Origin: an uncultured Bacteroidota bacterium | GTDB taxonomy: Bacteria; Bacteroidota; Bacteroidia; Flavobacteriales; Flavobacteriaceae | DNA length: 64,000 nt | Assembly: GCA_902622575.1 (NCBI GenBank) | Contig: CACNQJ010000001.1 | Coordinates: 10,896 to 74,895 of the forward strand | Direction of reading: 5' to 3' | In this document: one piece after another, positions 29,410 through 38,735 of the stretch | Layout: every line of letters starts with the position of its first letter | Position numbering within the stretch: position 1 is the stretch's first letter | The notes under the pieces: generated by a model | Databases searched by the model: none | What the model was told of the DNA's origin: nothing | What the model saw: only the letters and a program-made list of their open reading frames with translations | Made by a program: the position numbers and the translations under genes

Positions 29410-30455
29410 TTAAAACAGATATTGTTGTAATTGGTGCTGGACCGACTGGCCTATTTACTGTTTTTGAAGCTGGTCTCCTTGGAATGAGATGTCATTTAAT
29501 TGATTCTCTAACTAAACCAGGTGGGCAGTGCTCTGAAATTTATCCAAATAAACCCATCTATGACATTCCTGCTTATCCAGAAATATTAGCAGGTGATTTG
29601 GTTGAAAAACTATTGGAACAAATTAAACCTTTTAGTCCAGGATATACTTTAGGGGAGACAGCAGAAAAACTTTCCAAGTCGGGGGATGATTTTGTAATTA
29701 CCACAGACAAAGGCACTAAAGTAAGCGCAAAGGTTGTTGCAATAGCTGGAGGTTTAGGAAATTTTGAACCGAGAAAACCAAACATTGAGGATTTGAACGT
29801 GTATGAAGAAAATGGTATTAATTACAGCATTGTAGACCCTAATAAATATAAAGGGAAAAACGTAGTAATTTCCGGAGGTGGAGACTCTGCACTTGACTGG
29901 ACACTTGTTCTTTCAAAAATTGCAAAAAAAGTTACATTGATCCATAGAAGAAATCAATTTAGGGGTGCTGTTGATTCGGTAAATAAAATTCAAAAATTAA
30001 AGGATCAAAATGTCCTAGATATAATAACACCAGCCATCCTAAAAAAGTTAAATGGTCAGAAACAACTTGAAAGTATTGATATCTCTGTAGAAAATGAAAT
30101 AGTTAATATACCAACTGATTATCTAATTCCACTGTATGGATTGGTGCCAAAAATGGATGTTTTTAAGAGCTGGGGATTAGAAATTGAGAAAAATGCTTTG
30201 AAAGTTAATAACGCATTAGATTATCAAACCAATAAAGAGGGTATATTCGCAATTGGTGATATTAATTATTACCCTGGAAAATTAAAATTAATTCTTTCAG
30301 GCTTTCACGAAGCTGCGATAATGTGTCACAGTGCTTTTAAAATTGTAAATCCAGGAAAGAAAAATTTCTTAAAATACACAACTGTTTCTGGAATCTCTGG
30401 ATTTGATGGAACAAAAAAAGAACCCAAAAAATCTCAAGTTAATTCATTCAAATAA
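29406..30455 (+). CDS. Thioredoxin-reductase-type ferredoxin--NADP+ reductase
   Basis: 349 aa with VIGAGPTGLF, ISGGGDSALDW, GDINYYPGK and SGFHEA. Confidence 0.85.
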   Translation: MIKTDIVVIGAGPTGLFTVFEAGLLGMRCHLIDSLTKPGGQCSEIYPNKPIYDIPAYPEILAGDLVEKLLEQIKPFSPGYTLGETAEKLSKSGDDFVITTDKGTKVSAKVVAIAGGLGNFEPRKPNIEDLNVYEENGINYSIVDPNKYKGKNVVISGGGDSALDWTLVLSKIAKKVTLIHRRNQFRGAVDSVNKIQKLKDQNVLDIITPAILKKLNGQKQLESIDISVENEIVNIPTDYLIPLYGLVPKMDVFKSWGLEIEKNALKVNNALDYQTNKEGIFAIGDINYYPGKLKLILSGFHEAAIMCHSAFKIVNPGKKNFLKYTTVSGISGFDGTKKEPKKSQVNSFK

Positions 30456-31510
30456 TGTTTAGTTCATCATCCATAGAAGTGTTTGATAAAAATCAATTGT
30501 CGGGCACCACGACATGGCTATCACCATCGAACATTGCATTAATCAAATATTGGGGAAAAAAAAATTTACAGGTACCAATTAATCCCTCCTTGAGTTTTAC
30601 ATTAAAAGAATGTTTGACCGAGACAACAGTTTCATACAAACCTTCTTTGGAAGGATTTAAATATGAGTTTTATTTTGAAAATAAATTAAAACCTAGTTTT
30701 AACAATAAATTGGATGTTTTTTTTAAAAGAATCATTCAATATTTACCTTTTCTAAATCAAGTATCATTAAAGATTAGCTCTAATAATACATTTCCACACA
30801 GTAGTGGAATTGCATCCTCTGCATCTGCTTTTAGCGCTCTTTCTTTATGCTTGGTTGATATTGAAAAATCTTTAGTTGAAAATACAGATTTTTACAAAAA
30901 ATCCTCATTTATCGCAAGACTTGGTTCCGGTAGTGCATGTAGAAGTATTTATGGATCCGCCTCTTTTTGGGGAAAATCAACTCTTGTTGATAATAGTAAA
31001 GACGATTATGCAATAGCATTTGATTTACCGAAATTTTTTAACGACTATAATGACACAATATTAATTATAGATGAAAAATCAAAATCAATTTCTAGTTCGG
31101 TTGGACATAATTTGGTTAAAGACCACCATTTTAAATCAAGTCGTATAAATCAAGCCAATAAAAATTTAGAAAATTTATTACATGCTATTCAAAACCAAAA
31201 TTCAAATGAGTTCATAAGTGTCGTTGAGAATGAGGCTTTAACACTTCACGCGATGATGTTATCTTCTAATCCTTCTTTTATTTTATTAAAACCAAATACT
31301 ATAAATATTATTAATAAAATTTGGACGTTTAGAAAAGAAAATAATACAAGCTTGTGTTTTACTTTAGATGCAGGTGCGAATATCCATCTATTATATCACC
31401 AAAATGATTTTGTTAGTGTACAAAAATTTGTCAAAAGTGAACTCGTAGATTATTGCTCTAACGGAAAATACATAAATGACAAAGTCGGTCCAGGTCCAAT
31501 AAAAAAATAA
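30455..31510 (+). CDS. mvaD: Diphosphomevalonate decarboxylase
   Basis: 351 aa with PSNIALIKYWGK, SNNTFPHSSGIASSASAF, ARLGSGSACRS and FTLDAGANIH. Confidence 0.9.
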   Translation: MFSSSSIEVFDKNQLSGTTTWLSPSNIALIKYWGKKNLQVPINPSLSFTLKECLTETTVSYKPSLEGFKYEFYFENKLKPSFNNKLDVFFKRIIQYLPFLNQVSLKISSNNTFPHSSGIASSASAFSALSLCLVDIEKSLVENTDFYKKSSFIARLGSGSACRSIYGSASFWGKSTLVDNSKDDYAIAFDLPKFFNDYNDTILIIDEKSKSISSSVGHNLVKDHHFKSSRINQANKNLENLLHAIQNQNSNEFISVVENEALTLHAMMLSSNPSFILLKPNTINIINKIWTFRKENNTSLCFTLDAGANIHLLYHQNDFVSVQKFVKSELVDYCSNGKYINDKVGPGPIKK

Positions 31511-31518
31511 TCAACCAA

Positions 31519-32445
31519 ATGTCTCCCAAGAAATTTTTTTCAAAACTTTTATTATTTGGTGAATATGGTATACTAAAAAATTCGAAAGCAATCACAATTC
31601 CTTACAAATCATTCTTTGGAAGTTTGAAAATTGGTGATCTGGTCGATAATAATAAAAAACAATCCAATGAGTCTATTAAAGACCTGTACAATTATTTAAT
31701 CAAATCTTATCAAAGAAAAAATTTCGATTATAATCGATTTTTTGAAGATATTGAAAATGGATTATTTTTTGAAAGTTCAATACCTATCGGCTATGGTATT
31801 GGAAGTAGCGGAGCATTGGTTGCTGCAGTTTATGAAAAATATTTTTTGCATGAGACTTCTAATCTGCTGACAGCTAATTCAGACAAGCTTGTAGATTTAA
31901 AAAAAGAACTTTCTGAAATTGAGTCCTTTTATCATGGAAAGTCATCAGGTCTTGACCCATTGAATTGTATGGTTGGAGCTCCTTTATTTGTTGATTCTGA
32001 TGGTACGATAAAAATAATTTCACTTCCAAAACAAAATTTAAATAGCAATAGAGGAATTTTCATAATTGATAGTGGTAAATCATCAAAAACTGATGATTTA
32101 ATAAAAATATTTCACGAGAATTTAAAAGACGGTAATTTTAATCAAATTTTTCACTCTGAATTTATATCTTCAACAAACTATTGTGCAGATTCAATAGTGA
32201 ATTACGAATTTGATTCATTCAAAAAAAATTTTAGAACACTTTCTAAATTTGTTTATCACAAACTAACTCCAATGATTTCCAAAAATTCTCTCCATCTCTG
32301 GAAAAGAGGTCTTGATTCTAATCTTTATTTTTTAAAATTATGTGGATCTGGAGGTGGAGGTTTTCTAATCGGTTTTTCAGATGATTTAAAAAAGGCTAAG
32401 AAAGAATTGATAAATCATGAATTTGAGACATTAATAAAATTTTAG
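31519..32445 (+). CDS. GHMP kinase, mevalonate kinase-like
   Basis: 308 aa with KLLLFGEYGIL, the GHMP motif PIGYGIGSSGALVAAV, and LCGSGGGGF. Confidence 0.8.
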   Translation: MSPKKFFSKLLLFGEYGILKNSKAITIPYKSFFGSLKIGDLVDNNKKQSNESIKDLYNYLIKSYQRKNFDYNRFFEDIENGLFFESSIPIGYGIGSSGALVAAVYEKYFLHETSNLLTANSDKLVDLKKELSEIESFYHGKSSGLDPLNCMVGAPLFVDSDGTIKIISLPKQNLNSNRGIFIIDSGKSSKTDDLIKIFHENLKDGNFNQIFHSEFISSTNYCADSIVNYEFDSFKKNFRTLSKFVYHKLTPMISKNSLHLWKRGLDSNLYFLKLCGSGGGGFLIGFSDDLKKAKKELINHEFETLIKF

Positions 32446-32446
32446 T

Positions 32447-33160
32447 TTATCTAGCAGCCCAAGCAAAACCCCTAGTAAGTAGCTTCCACCCATTATCATA
32501 AATCATAAACTCATCTGGGTTGTGACCTATTGATATGAAAAAAACCTTGCCTTTGCCATACATTTTTTTCCAAGCTACTGGCATAACTACATCCTTTATC
32601 CATGGGTAAACCTTTCCACCAAATTTTGCTTCCGCAATTATTTTAACATTTGGATCATAGTGCATATAGTATTGTTCACTAACAATTTCAAAATCACTAA
32701 GTCCCTGAGTTAATTCATCATCTAACATTATTACTTTGTGCTCAATCATACCACCTGGGTGTGCAACAAACTGTCCACCTATCATAAATTGATAATTGGT
32801 GTTTTTTCTAAAAGAATCTACAAGACCACCATGAGCACCAGCAATTCCAACACCGTTTAGTACCGCTTTCACCAAATTTTCCTCTTGCTTTTTACTGATT
32901 TCGCCCATGGTTACAGATTGAATAATTAAATCGTATTTAATTAATTCATCATAATCATCATAGGCTTCAAGACCATTAGATATTTTGTAATCAGCTTTTT
33001 GTGATATAAGCCAATTTTCAACATGACTTGCAAATAATTTAGGTTTATGACCTTCCCAACCACCCCAGACTACAAGTACTTTTTTATTATTAAGGTTTTG
33101 TGATATTGAAATGTTTGAAAATATGAGGAACAGTAAAAAATAAATTATGCTTTTTTTCAT
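32447..33160 (-). CDS. ThuA-domain protein, secreted
   Basis: 237 aa with a signal peptide. It has VLVVWGGWEGHKP, GIAGAHGG and the final SIGH, as in the ThuA (trehalose-utilisation) family. Confidence 0.75.
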   Translation of the reverse strand: MKKSIIYFLLFLIFSNISISQNLNNKKVLVVWGGWEGHKPKLFASHVENWLISQKADYKISNGLEAYDDYDELIKYDLIIQSVTMGEISKKQEENLVKAVLNGVGIAGAHGGLVDSFRKNTNYQFMIGGQFVAHPGGMIEHKVIMLDDELTQGLSDFEIVSEQYYMHYDPNVKIIAEAKFGGKVYPWIKDVVMPVAWKKMYGKGKVFFISIGHNPDEFMIYDNGWKLLTRGFAWAAR

Positions 33161-33208
33161 TTTAATTTTTTAAATTTATGAAATCAGAATTTAATCTCAG
33201 AATCAACT

Positions 33209-34672
33209 ATGAAAAATAAAAGAAGGAGTTTTTTAAAAAAATCAGCAATAGCAGGTACAGGTTTTTTTATTGTACCAAGAAACGTACTAGGTGGTAATGG
33301 ATATATTTCACCAAGTGATCAATTAAATCTAGCTGCAATTGGTGCAGGCGGTAAGGGTAATGATATAACCCATGATTGGGCAAGTAGTGAGAGAGTTATT
33401 GCATTGTGTGATGTTCATCCCGACGGATCCCATGGTGTTACAGATTCCAGAAAAACATTTCCAAATGCTAATTTTTATGTTGATTACAGAGAAATGCTGG
33501 ATAATGAGAAAGATCTTGATGCCGTAACTATTAGCACACCTGATCACACTCACGCAGTAATTGCTAGTAATGCAATGAATAGAGGTCTTCATGTGTATGT
33601 TCAGAAACCGCTAACTCATAATATTGAGGAGGCTAGAGCTTTAACTCAAATTGCTGCAAAAAATAAAGTTGTTACCCAAATGGGGAATCAGGGTGGATCA
33701 AGCGCTGGTGTTGTTAAGATTCAAGAATGGGTTGACAAGAAAATGATCGGAAAAATACATAAAATATATGCCTGGACTAACAGACCGGTTTGGCCTCAGG
33801 GATTTGATATGAAGAACAATGATGAGGTAAAACCTGCAAACCTTAATTGGGACTTGTGGTTAGGACCTGCTGCTTCAACTAAATACACATCACAGCTACA
33901 TCCTTTCAACTGGAGAGGCTGGTGGGATTATGGTACAGGAGCACTTGGTGATATGGGCTGTCACATATTGGATGCTCCCTACAAAACCCTTGGTTTACAC
34001 TATCCAACAGATGTTGAGTGTAGTGTTAGTCAAGTTTTTGAACAAGCATGGAGCCAAAACTATGTACCTAAAGGATGCCCTGCTTCGTCCATTGTTACAT
34101 TGAATTTTGATAAAACAGCTAAAAATGATTCAAAAATCGAATTAGTTTGGATGGACGGTGGTTTAAGACCTAGTCATCCTGAGTTTATACCTGCTGATGA
34201 TTTCCTAGGTGAACAAAACAGCACCAATGGAGTTTTAATGATTGGTGAAACAGGTGTAATTTCGTGTGGAGTTTATGCATTGGGTCCAAAACTTTACAGA
34301 AAGGGCCATGAAACTATCGAATTTTCTACTGATGATTATTGGAAAACATTGGATCATACTCATCACATGGAGTGGATTAATGGAATAAAGGCTGGATATG
34401 GTAGTGATGAATATAAAAAAATAACAGCTCCATTTGAATACGCTGGACCATTTACTGAAACTGTTTTAATGGGAAATCTAGCTATTCGCTCATACATGAG
34501 CATGGGTAAAGACAAGCCTAAGTTTTCACCAAATAGATATCACACATCTGAGTACAGTAAATTTGTTGGTAGAAAAAAATTATTGTGGGATGGCGAAAAT
34601 ATGAAAATAACAAATTTTGATGAAGCAAATAAATTTGTTGGAAGAACTCGTAGACCAGGTTGGAATATATAA
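33209..34672 (+). CDS. Gfo/Idh/MocA-family oxidoreductase with Tat signal
   Basis: 487 aa with twin-Arg leader KRRSFLKKSAIAGTGFF. The Rossmann segment is LNLAAIGAGGKG, followed by TPDHTHA and YVQKPL. Confidence 0.85.
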   Translation: MKNKRRSFLKKSAIAGTGFFIVPRNVLGGNGYISPSDQLNLAAIGAGGKGNDITHDWASSERVIALCDVHPDGSHGVTDSRKTFPNANFYVDYREMLDNEKDLDAVTISTPDHTHAVIASNAMNRGLHVYVQKPLTHNIEEARALTQIAAKNKVVTQMGNQGGSSAGVVKIQEWVDKKMIGKIHKIYAWTNRPVWPQGFDMKNNDEVKPANLNWDLWLGPAASTKYTSQLHPFNWRGWWDYGTGALGDMGCHILDAPYKTLGLHYPTDVECSVSQVFEQAWSQNYVPKGCPASSIVTLNFDKTAKNDSKIELVWMDGGLRPSHPEFIPADDFLGEQNSTNGVLMIGETGVISCGVYALGPKLYRKGHETIEFSTDDYWKTLDHTHHMEWINGIKAGYGSDEYKKITAPFEYAGPFTETVLMGNLAIRSYMSMGKDKPKFSPNRYHTSEYSKFVGRKKLLWDGENMKITNFDEANKFVGRTRRPGWNI

Positions 34673-34675
34673 TTT

Positions 34676-35422
34676 ATGAAAAAACTCAATTATATATTTG
34701 TCCTATTTTTTCTTCTCATATCTTGTAAAGACAGTCAAGATTGGAAATTGTTATTAACTGAAAATAGTCTTGATGGATGGCACTATTTTAATGATAATGG
34801 TAATAAGTTAGGATGGAATGTTTCGGATGGTATTTTATCTTTTGATCCGTCAGTTGGAAAGTATCAACGTGACTCCCAAGGTAATATTCTAACTCATGAT
34901 AATGGAAGTCTAAAAAAGGAGAATAATGATTTGGTTTCCGATTTGGATTACACCAATTTCAAATTATATTTTGAGTGGAAAGTTGATACTTTAACTAATA
35001 GTGGGTTCATGTGGGGAGTAAAGGAAGGCGAAAAATATGAATTTCCGTTTGTCACAGGTCCAGAAATTCAAATAATGGATAATAATTATCCAGATCCAGT
35101 CAAAGCTGGTAGTTTATATGGTATGGTATCTCCCTCAGTCGATATGACTAAACCTGTAGGTGAATGGAATTCTTATCTAATAACAATCAATCATAAATCT
35201 AATTATGGAAACGTTATTTTTAATGGAGTCGAAGTTATCAATTTTCCTCTGAGTGGAGAAGCTTGGGACTCAATGGTGGCTGGCACAAAATTTGCAAGAT
35301 GTGATGAGAAACCGTGGGATAACTGTGAGTTTGGAAAATTTAAGACTGGAAAAATTTGTTTTCAAGACCATGGAGCTAGAGTCTATTTCAGAAATATAAA
35401 AATAAGGGAACTAGAATTATAA
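34676..35422 (+). CDS. DUF1080 (3-keto-disaccharide hydrolase family) lipoprotein
   Basis: 248 aa with leader ...LLISCKD. It has GWHYFND, NFKLYFEWK, NSG, GPEIQIMDN and the terminal KICFQDHGARVYFRNIKIREL. Confidence 0.85.
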   Translation: MKKLNYIFVLFFLLISCKDSQDWKLLLTENSLDGWHYFNDNGNKLGWNVSDGILSFDPSVGKYQRDSQGNILTHDNGSLKKENNDLVSDLDYTNFKLYFEWKVDTLTNSGFMWGVKEGEKYEFPFVTGPEIQIMDNNYPDPVKAGSLYGMVSPSVDMTKPVGEWNSYLITINHKSNYGNVIFNGVEVINFPLSGEAWDSMVAGTKFARCDEKPWDNCEFGKFKTGKICFQDHGARVYFRNIKIRELEL

Positions 35423-35426
35423 TTTT

Positions 35427-37148
35427 ATGCAAATTAAAAATACAGCGAAAGAATACGACGTAGTAATTGTCGGTTCTGGAGCTGGAGGTGGCATGGCCAC
35501 AAAAATCCTTTCCGAGGCAGGTCTTTCAGTTGCTGTTGTTGAAGCTGGTCCCTATTATGATCCTGCTAATCCACAACAAATGACTCAATTAAAGTGGGCT
35601 TGGCAGTCACCCAGAAGGGGTGCTGGAACAACCCGATTTTTTGGTGATTATGATCAAGCTTACGGTGGATGGGAAATAGATGGCGAGCCATATGGTCAAA
35701 TCGGTGATACAGATTTTAAATGGTTCCGCTCCCGAATGCTTGGAGGAAGAACAAACCACTGGGGTAGAATTTCCTTGAGGTTTGGACCAAATGACTTCAA
35801 AAGAAAAAGTATTGATGGCTTGGGTGAAAATTGGCCAATCTCATATGATGACATCAAACCTTACTATGACAGAGTTGACAAATTAATTGGCGTTTTTGGC
35901 ACTAAAGAAAACATGTATAATGAACCTGATGGTTTTTTCCTACCTCCCCCAAAACCAAGATTACACGAATTATTCTACATAAAAGGAGCTCGTAAAAGTA
36001 ATGTAAAGGTTATTCCATCAAGATTATCAGTCTTAACTAAGAGGATAAATAATGAAAGGGGTATTTGTTTTTACTGCAATGGCTGTGCGAGAAGTTGTAA
36101 TGTATATGGAGATTTTTCATCTGGCTCCTGTCTAATATTTCCAGCTCAAAAATCTGGAGGTCAAATTGATTTATATGTTAATTCGATGGTTAGAACCGTC
36201 ACCACTAATAAAGAAGGCAAAGCCACTGGTGTGTCCTTTATAGATAAAGAAGAAAATAAAGAATACAAACTAAAAGGTAAAGTAGTCGTGCTAGCCGCTT
36301 CTGCATGTAGCTCGGCAAGAATTTTACTTAACTCCAAGTCTAAACAACATCCAAATGGTTTAGGTAATAGCAGTGATTTGATAGGAAAATATTTACATGA
36401 CTCAACTGGTGGAGATATGATGGCTTTTCTACCACAATTAATTGATAGAAAAACTTACAATGAGGATGGAGTCGGAGGCATGCACGTATATTCGCCTTGG
36501 TGGCTAGATAATAAGAAACTCGATTTTCCTCGGGGCTACCACATTGAAGTATGGGGTGGAATGGGTGCGCCCACATATGGTACTGGTTTTAATGTAAACA
36601 GTTTTAATAAATTTTTTGGAATTAATAAGGCAGGAGGATATGGAGATGTTTTAAGAGCAGATATGAAAAAATATTATGGATCAACGATTGGAATTTCAGG
36701 CAGAGGTGAGTCGGTGGCACAAAAGACAAATTATTGCGAGATTGATCCAAATTCAGTTGATAAGTATGGGGTACCAACATTAAGATTCAATTACAATTGG
36801 ACAGATAACGAAATAAAGCAGGCTAAACACATGCAAGATACTTTTGAGGAAATTATACATAACATGGGTGGAATTCCGCTCTGGGGAAAACCTGGTAAAG
36901 ATGCTAATTATGGTTTAAACAAGCCAGGCTGGATTATTCATGAGGTTGGAACGACAAGAATGGGTAATGATCCTAAAAAATCTGTAACCAATCAATTTGA
37001 AAGGCTTCATGATGTATCAAACGTTTACGTGGTGGATGCCGGACCATTTGTATCACAAGCAGATAAAAACCCTACATGGACAATTCTTGCATTGGCGATG
37101 CGTTCATCTGAACATATTGTAGATGAATTTAAAAAACAAAATTTTTAG
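35427..37148 (+). CDS. GMC-family FAD oxidoreductase (large subunit, gluconate-2-dehydrogenase-like)
   Basis: 573 aa with the FAD motif YDVVIVGSGAGGG, and HEVGTTRMG near the C-terminus. It has no signal peptide of its own. Confidence 0.9.
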   Translation: MQIKNTAKEYDVVIVGSGAGGGMATKILSEAGLSVAVVEAGPYYDPANPQQMTQLKWAWQSPRRGAGTTRFFGDYDQAYGGWEIDGEPYGQIGDTDFKWFRSRMLGGRTNHWGRISLRFGPNDFKRKSIDGLGENWPISYDDIKPYYDRVDKLIGVFGTKENMYNEPDGFFLPPPKPRLHELFYIKGARKSNVKVIPSRLSVLTKRINNERGICFYCNGCARSCNVYGDFSSGSCLIFPAQKSGGQIDLYVNSMVRTVTTNKEGKATGVSFIDKEENKEYKLKGKVVVLAASACSSARILLNSKSKQHPNGLGNSSDLIGKYLHDSTGGDMMAFLPQLIDRKTYNEDGVGGMHVYSPWWLDNKKLDFPRGYHIEVWGGMGAPTYGTGFNVNSFNKFFGINKAGGYGDVLRADMKKYYGSTIGISGRGESVAQKTNYCEIDPNSVDKYGVPTLRFNYNWTDNEIKQAKHMQDTFEEIIHNMGGIPLWGKPGKDANYGLNKPGWIIHEVGTTRMGNDPKKSVTNQFERLHDVSNVYVVDAGPFVSQADKNPTWTILALAMRSSEHIVDEFKKQNF

Positions 37149-37149
37149 G

Positions 37150-37854
37150 ATGAAAAGAAGAGATTCCATAAAAACTATAGCATTAGCGTCTTTTGGAGCA
37201 AGTATTTTCCTGGAATCTTGTTATGGTGTTAGCCGTGAAAAAATCACCCGATCACTAACTAGGTATGAGTATGGAAGAACACCTGAAGAAACTCTATATG
37301 ATGATAAATTATTTGCTCAAAAGTTCTTTACTAATGATGAATTACTTACTCTTGATAAACTTTGTAATCTAATTCTACCTCCTAATGAATTTGGATCTAT
37401 TCGTGATGCTGAGGTTGTACAACTTATTGAATTCATGGCTAAGGATATACCATCATATCAAGAGCCTCTAAGAAATGGATTACTGTGGATTGACAATGAA
37501 AGTCAAACCAGATTCGACAACATATTCATTGATTTGGATGAGCCTAATCAAAAAGAGATACTAGATGAAATAGCATATTACGATCCAAACGACAATATGA
37601 ATGATTTACCTGAACCAGTACAATGGTTTAACTTGGTCAGAAATCTAACTATGACCGGATATTTTACAGCTGAAGTCGGGATAAAAGAGTTAGGTTATAA
37701 AGGAAATTTCCCAAATGTTTGGGATGGTGTTCCACAGGATGTGTTAGATCAATATGGGTTAGAATATGATAAGGAATGGTTAGACAAATTTGTTGATCAA
37801 TCTAAAAGGAATATCACTGCAGAATGGGATGATGATGGGAATCTATTAACATAA
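37150..37854 (+). CDS. Gluconate 2-dehydrogenase subunit 3-family protein (Tat-signal small subunit)
   Basis: The ATG at 37150 gives MKRRDSIKTIALASFGASIFLESC (twin-Arg plus lipobox-like Cys). It starts 1 nt after the GMC stop. The track's upstream extension from 37123 overlaps the GMC gene. Confidence 0.8.
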   Translation: MKRRDSIKTIALASFGASIFLESCYGVSREKITRSLTRYEYGRTPEETLYDDKLFAQKFFTNDELLTLDKLCNLILPPNEFGSIRDAEVVQLIEFMAKDIPSYQEPLRNGLLWIDNESQTRFDNIFIDLDEPNQKEILDEIAYYDPNDNMNDLPEPVQWFNLVRNLTMTGYFTAEVGIKELGYKGNFPNVWDGVPQDVLDQYGLEYDKEWLDKFVDQSKRNITAEWDDDGNLLT

Positions 37855-37885
37855 AAAAAGCCGCTTTTAAGCGGCTTTTTTATTA
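37855..37885. terminator. Bidirectional rho-independent terminator
   Basis: aaaaagccgcttttaagcggcttttttatt is a perfect GC-containing palindrome flanked by A-run and T-run, between convergent genes. Confidence 0.75.
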
Positions 37886-37898
37886 ACTATTTACAATT

Positions 37899-38525
37899 TT
37901 ATTTTTTTGCTTGGTAATCGTAATAACCCTCTACAGGAATCATTAAATGATCATATCCTGTTCCTTTGAACATAACATATGGTCCACCAGAATTAAAATC
38001 AGTAGTAAAACCATCTAGGGTCGAAGGGTCCTTTGGAAATAACATGATATGTGCTCCAGACTCTATCCACTGTCCTTCAGCAGCATCTTCCTTGTTTAGA
38101 ACAAAATGTTTTGTATTATCCTCACCCATATCTCCGTGTAGCATGTAAGAGTATCCATCGTGATCTAATTCAGGTGTTTTACCAGACATATATGCCATCG
38201 CCCACTTCATTGATTGAGCATCGCCAACCATTGGCATTGCCTCATGTGGGTCTTTCCAGCCGTTTTCAGGGTCAGCAGGACCTCTTGGATTTGCAGCCAT
38301 AGCTGTCCAACCGTTTGTACCTTCTCTTAGAACAGTTCCATCTACGTCAACAACAGTGCACTCGTCTGCAATAAATGAAGGAGCTGCAGTACTGTATGCC
38401 CAAATTTTCCATTCAGCTGAAGTATGAGGGCCCTGAGGTTCACCATTATTATCAACTTTTTCAACAACAGCTGTTTGGCATGAAATCAAAAAAATTGTGA
38501 CAAAAAATAATATAACTTTTTTCAT
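37899..38525 (-). CDS. Hypothetical lipoprotein (no family recognised)
   Basis: The ATG at 38525 gives MKKVILFFVTIFLISCQT (lipobox). The track's longer ORF to 38612 would run through the tRNA-Phe gene. This stretch is locally GC-richer than most of the window. Confidence 0.65.
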   Translation of the reverse strand: MKKVILFFVTIFLISCQTAVVEKVDNNGEPQGPHTSAEWKIWAYSTAAPSFIADECTVVDVDGTVLREGTNGWTAMAANPRGPADPENGWKDPHEAMPMVGDAQSMKWAMAYMSGKTPELDHDGYSYMLHGDMGEDNTKHFVLNKEDAAEGQWIESGAHIMLFPKDPSTLDGFTTDFNSGGPYVMFKGTGYDHLMIPVEGYYDYQAKK

Positions 38526-38547
38526 ATTGATTAATTTTTCATAAATA

Positions 38548-38579
38548 TATAAAAAAACCTCCTGAGTTAGGAGGTTTTT
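38548..38579 (-). terminator. Rho-independent terminator downstream of tRNA-Phe
   Basis: On the minus strand it reads AAACCTCC, a 7-nt loop, GGAGGTTT, then a T-run. It lies immediately 3' of the tRNA. Confidence 0.7.
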
Positions 38580-38580
38580 G

Positions 38581-38653
38581 TGGTACCTCGCAGAATCGAA
38601 CTGCGGACACAAGGATTTTCAGTCCTTTGCTCTACCAACTGAGCTAAGGTACC
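38581..38653 (-). tRNA. tRNA-Phe (anticodon GAA)
   Basis: The reverse complement is GGTACCTTAGCTCAGTTGGTAGAGCAAAGGACTGAAAATCCTTGTGTCCGCAGTTCGATTCTGCGAGGTACCA. It folds as a 73-nt cloverleaf with anticodon loop CTGAAAA, and no CCA is encoded. Confidence 0.95.
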
Positions 38654-38670
38654 TTTGAAAATTGCAAAAG

Positions 38671-38678
38671 CAAATATA
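38671..38678 (-). promoter_or_regulatory. TAnnTTTG -7 box (TATATTTG) for tRNA-Phe
   Basis: Exact match on the minus strand, 17 nt upstream of the mature tRNA 5' end. Confidence 0.5.
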
Positions 38679-38735
38679 AACGTTTTAAGTATAAATTTAA
38701 AGTTTGAAAAAAACTTGTTTACATTTACAGCTCAA

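Noticed and set aside
37123-37149. Upstream extension of the GMC small-subunit gene.
   Set aside because: It overlaps the GMC C-terminus. The ATG at 37150 starts directly with the twin-arginine leader.
38526-38612. Upstream extension of the lipoprotein ORF (track start 38612).
   Set aside because: It would read through the tRNA-Phe gene and its terminator. The internal ATG at 38525 gives a canonical lipoprotein signal peptide.
33209-38653. Possible genomic island: a GC-richer stretch ending at tRNA-Phe.
   Set aside because: There is no integrase, no transposase, and I noticed no repeat of the tRNA 3' end. Hand-sampled GC is also elevated in other conserved enzyme and transporter genes (for example around 7261 and 58081), so the signal may reflect protein conservation rather than foreign origin. 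I kept only the orphan lipoprotein as a low-interest finding.
38699-38716. Weak AT-only inverted repeat (aagttt gaaaa aaactt) upstream of coaX.
   Set aside because: It is a six-bp A/T stem with no GC pairs, so it is unlikely to be stable or functional. Such palindromes are expected by chance at this base composition.
38655-38735. TTG-initiated extension of coaX.
   Set aside because: It abuts the tRNA-Phe 5' end and covers the tRNA promoter box. The ATG at 38736 yields the conserved CoaX N-terminus.
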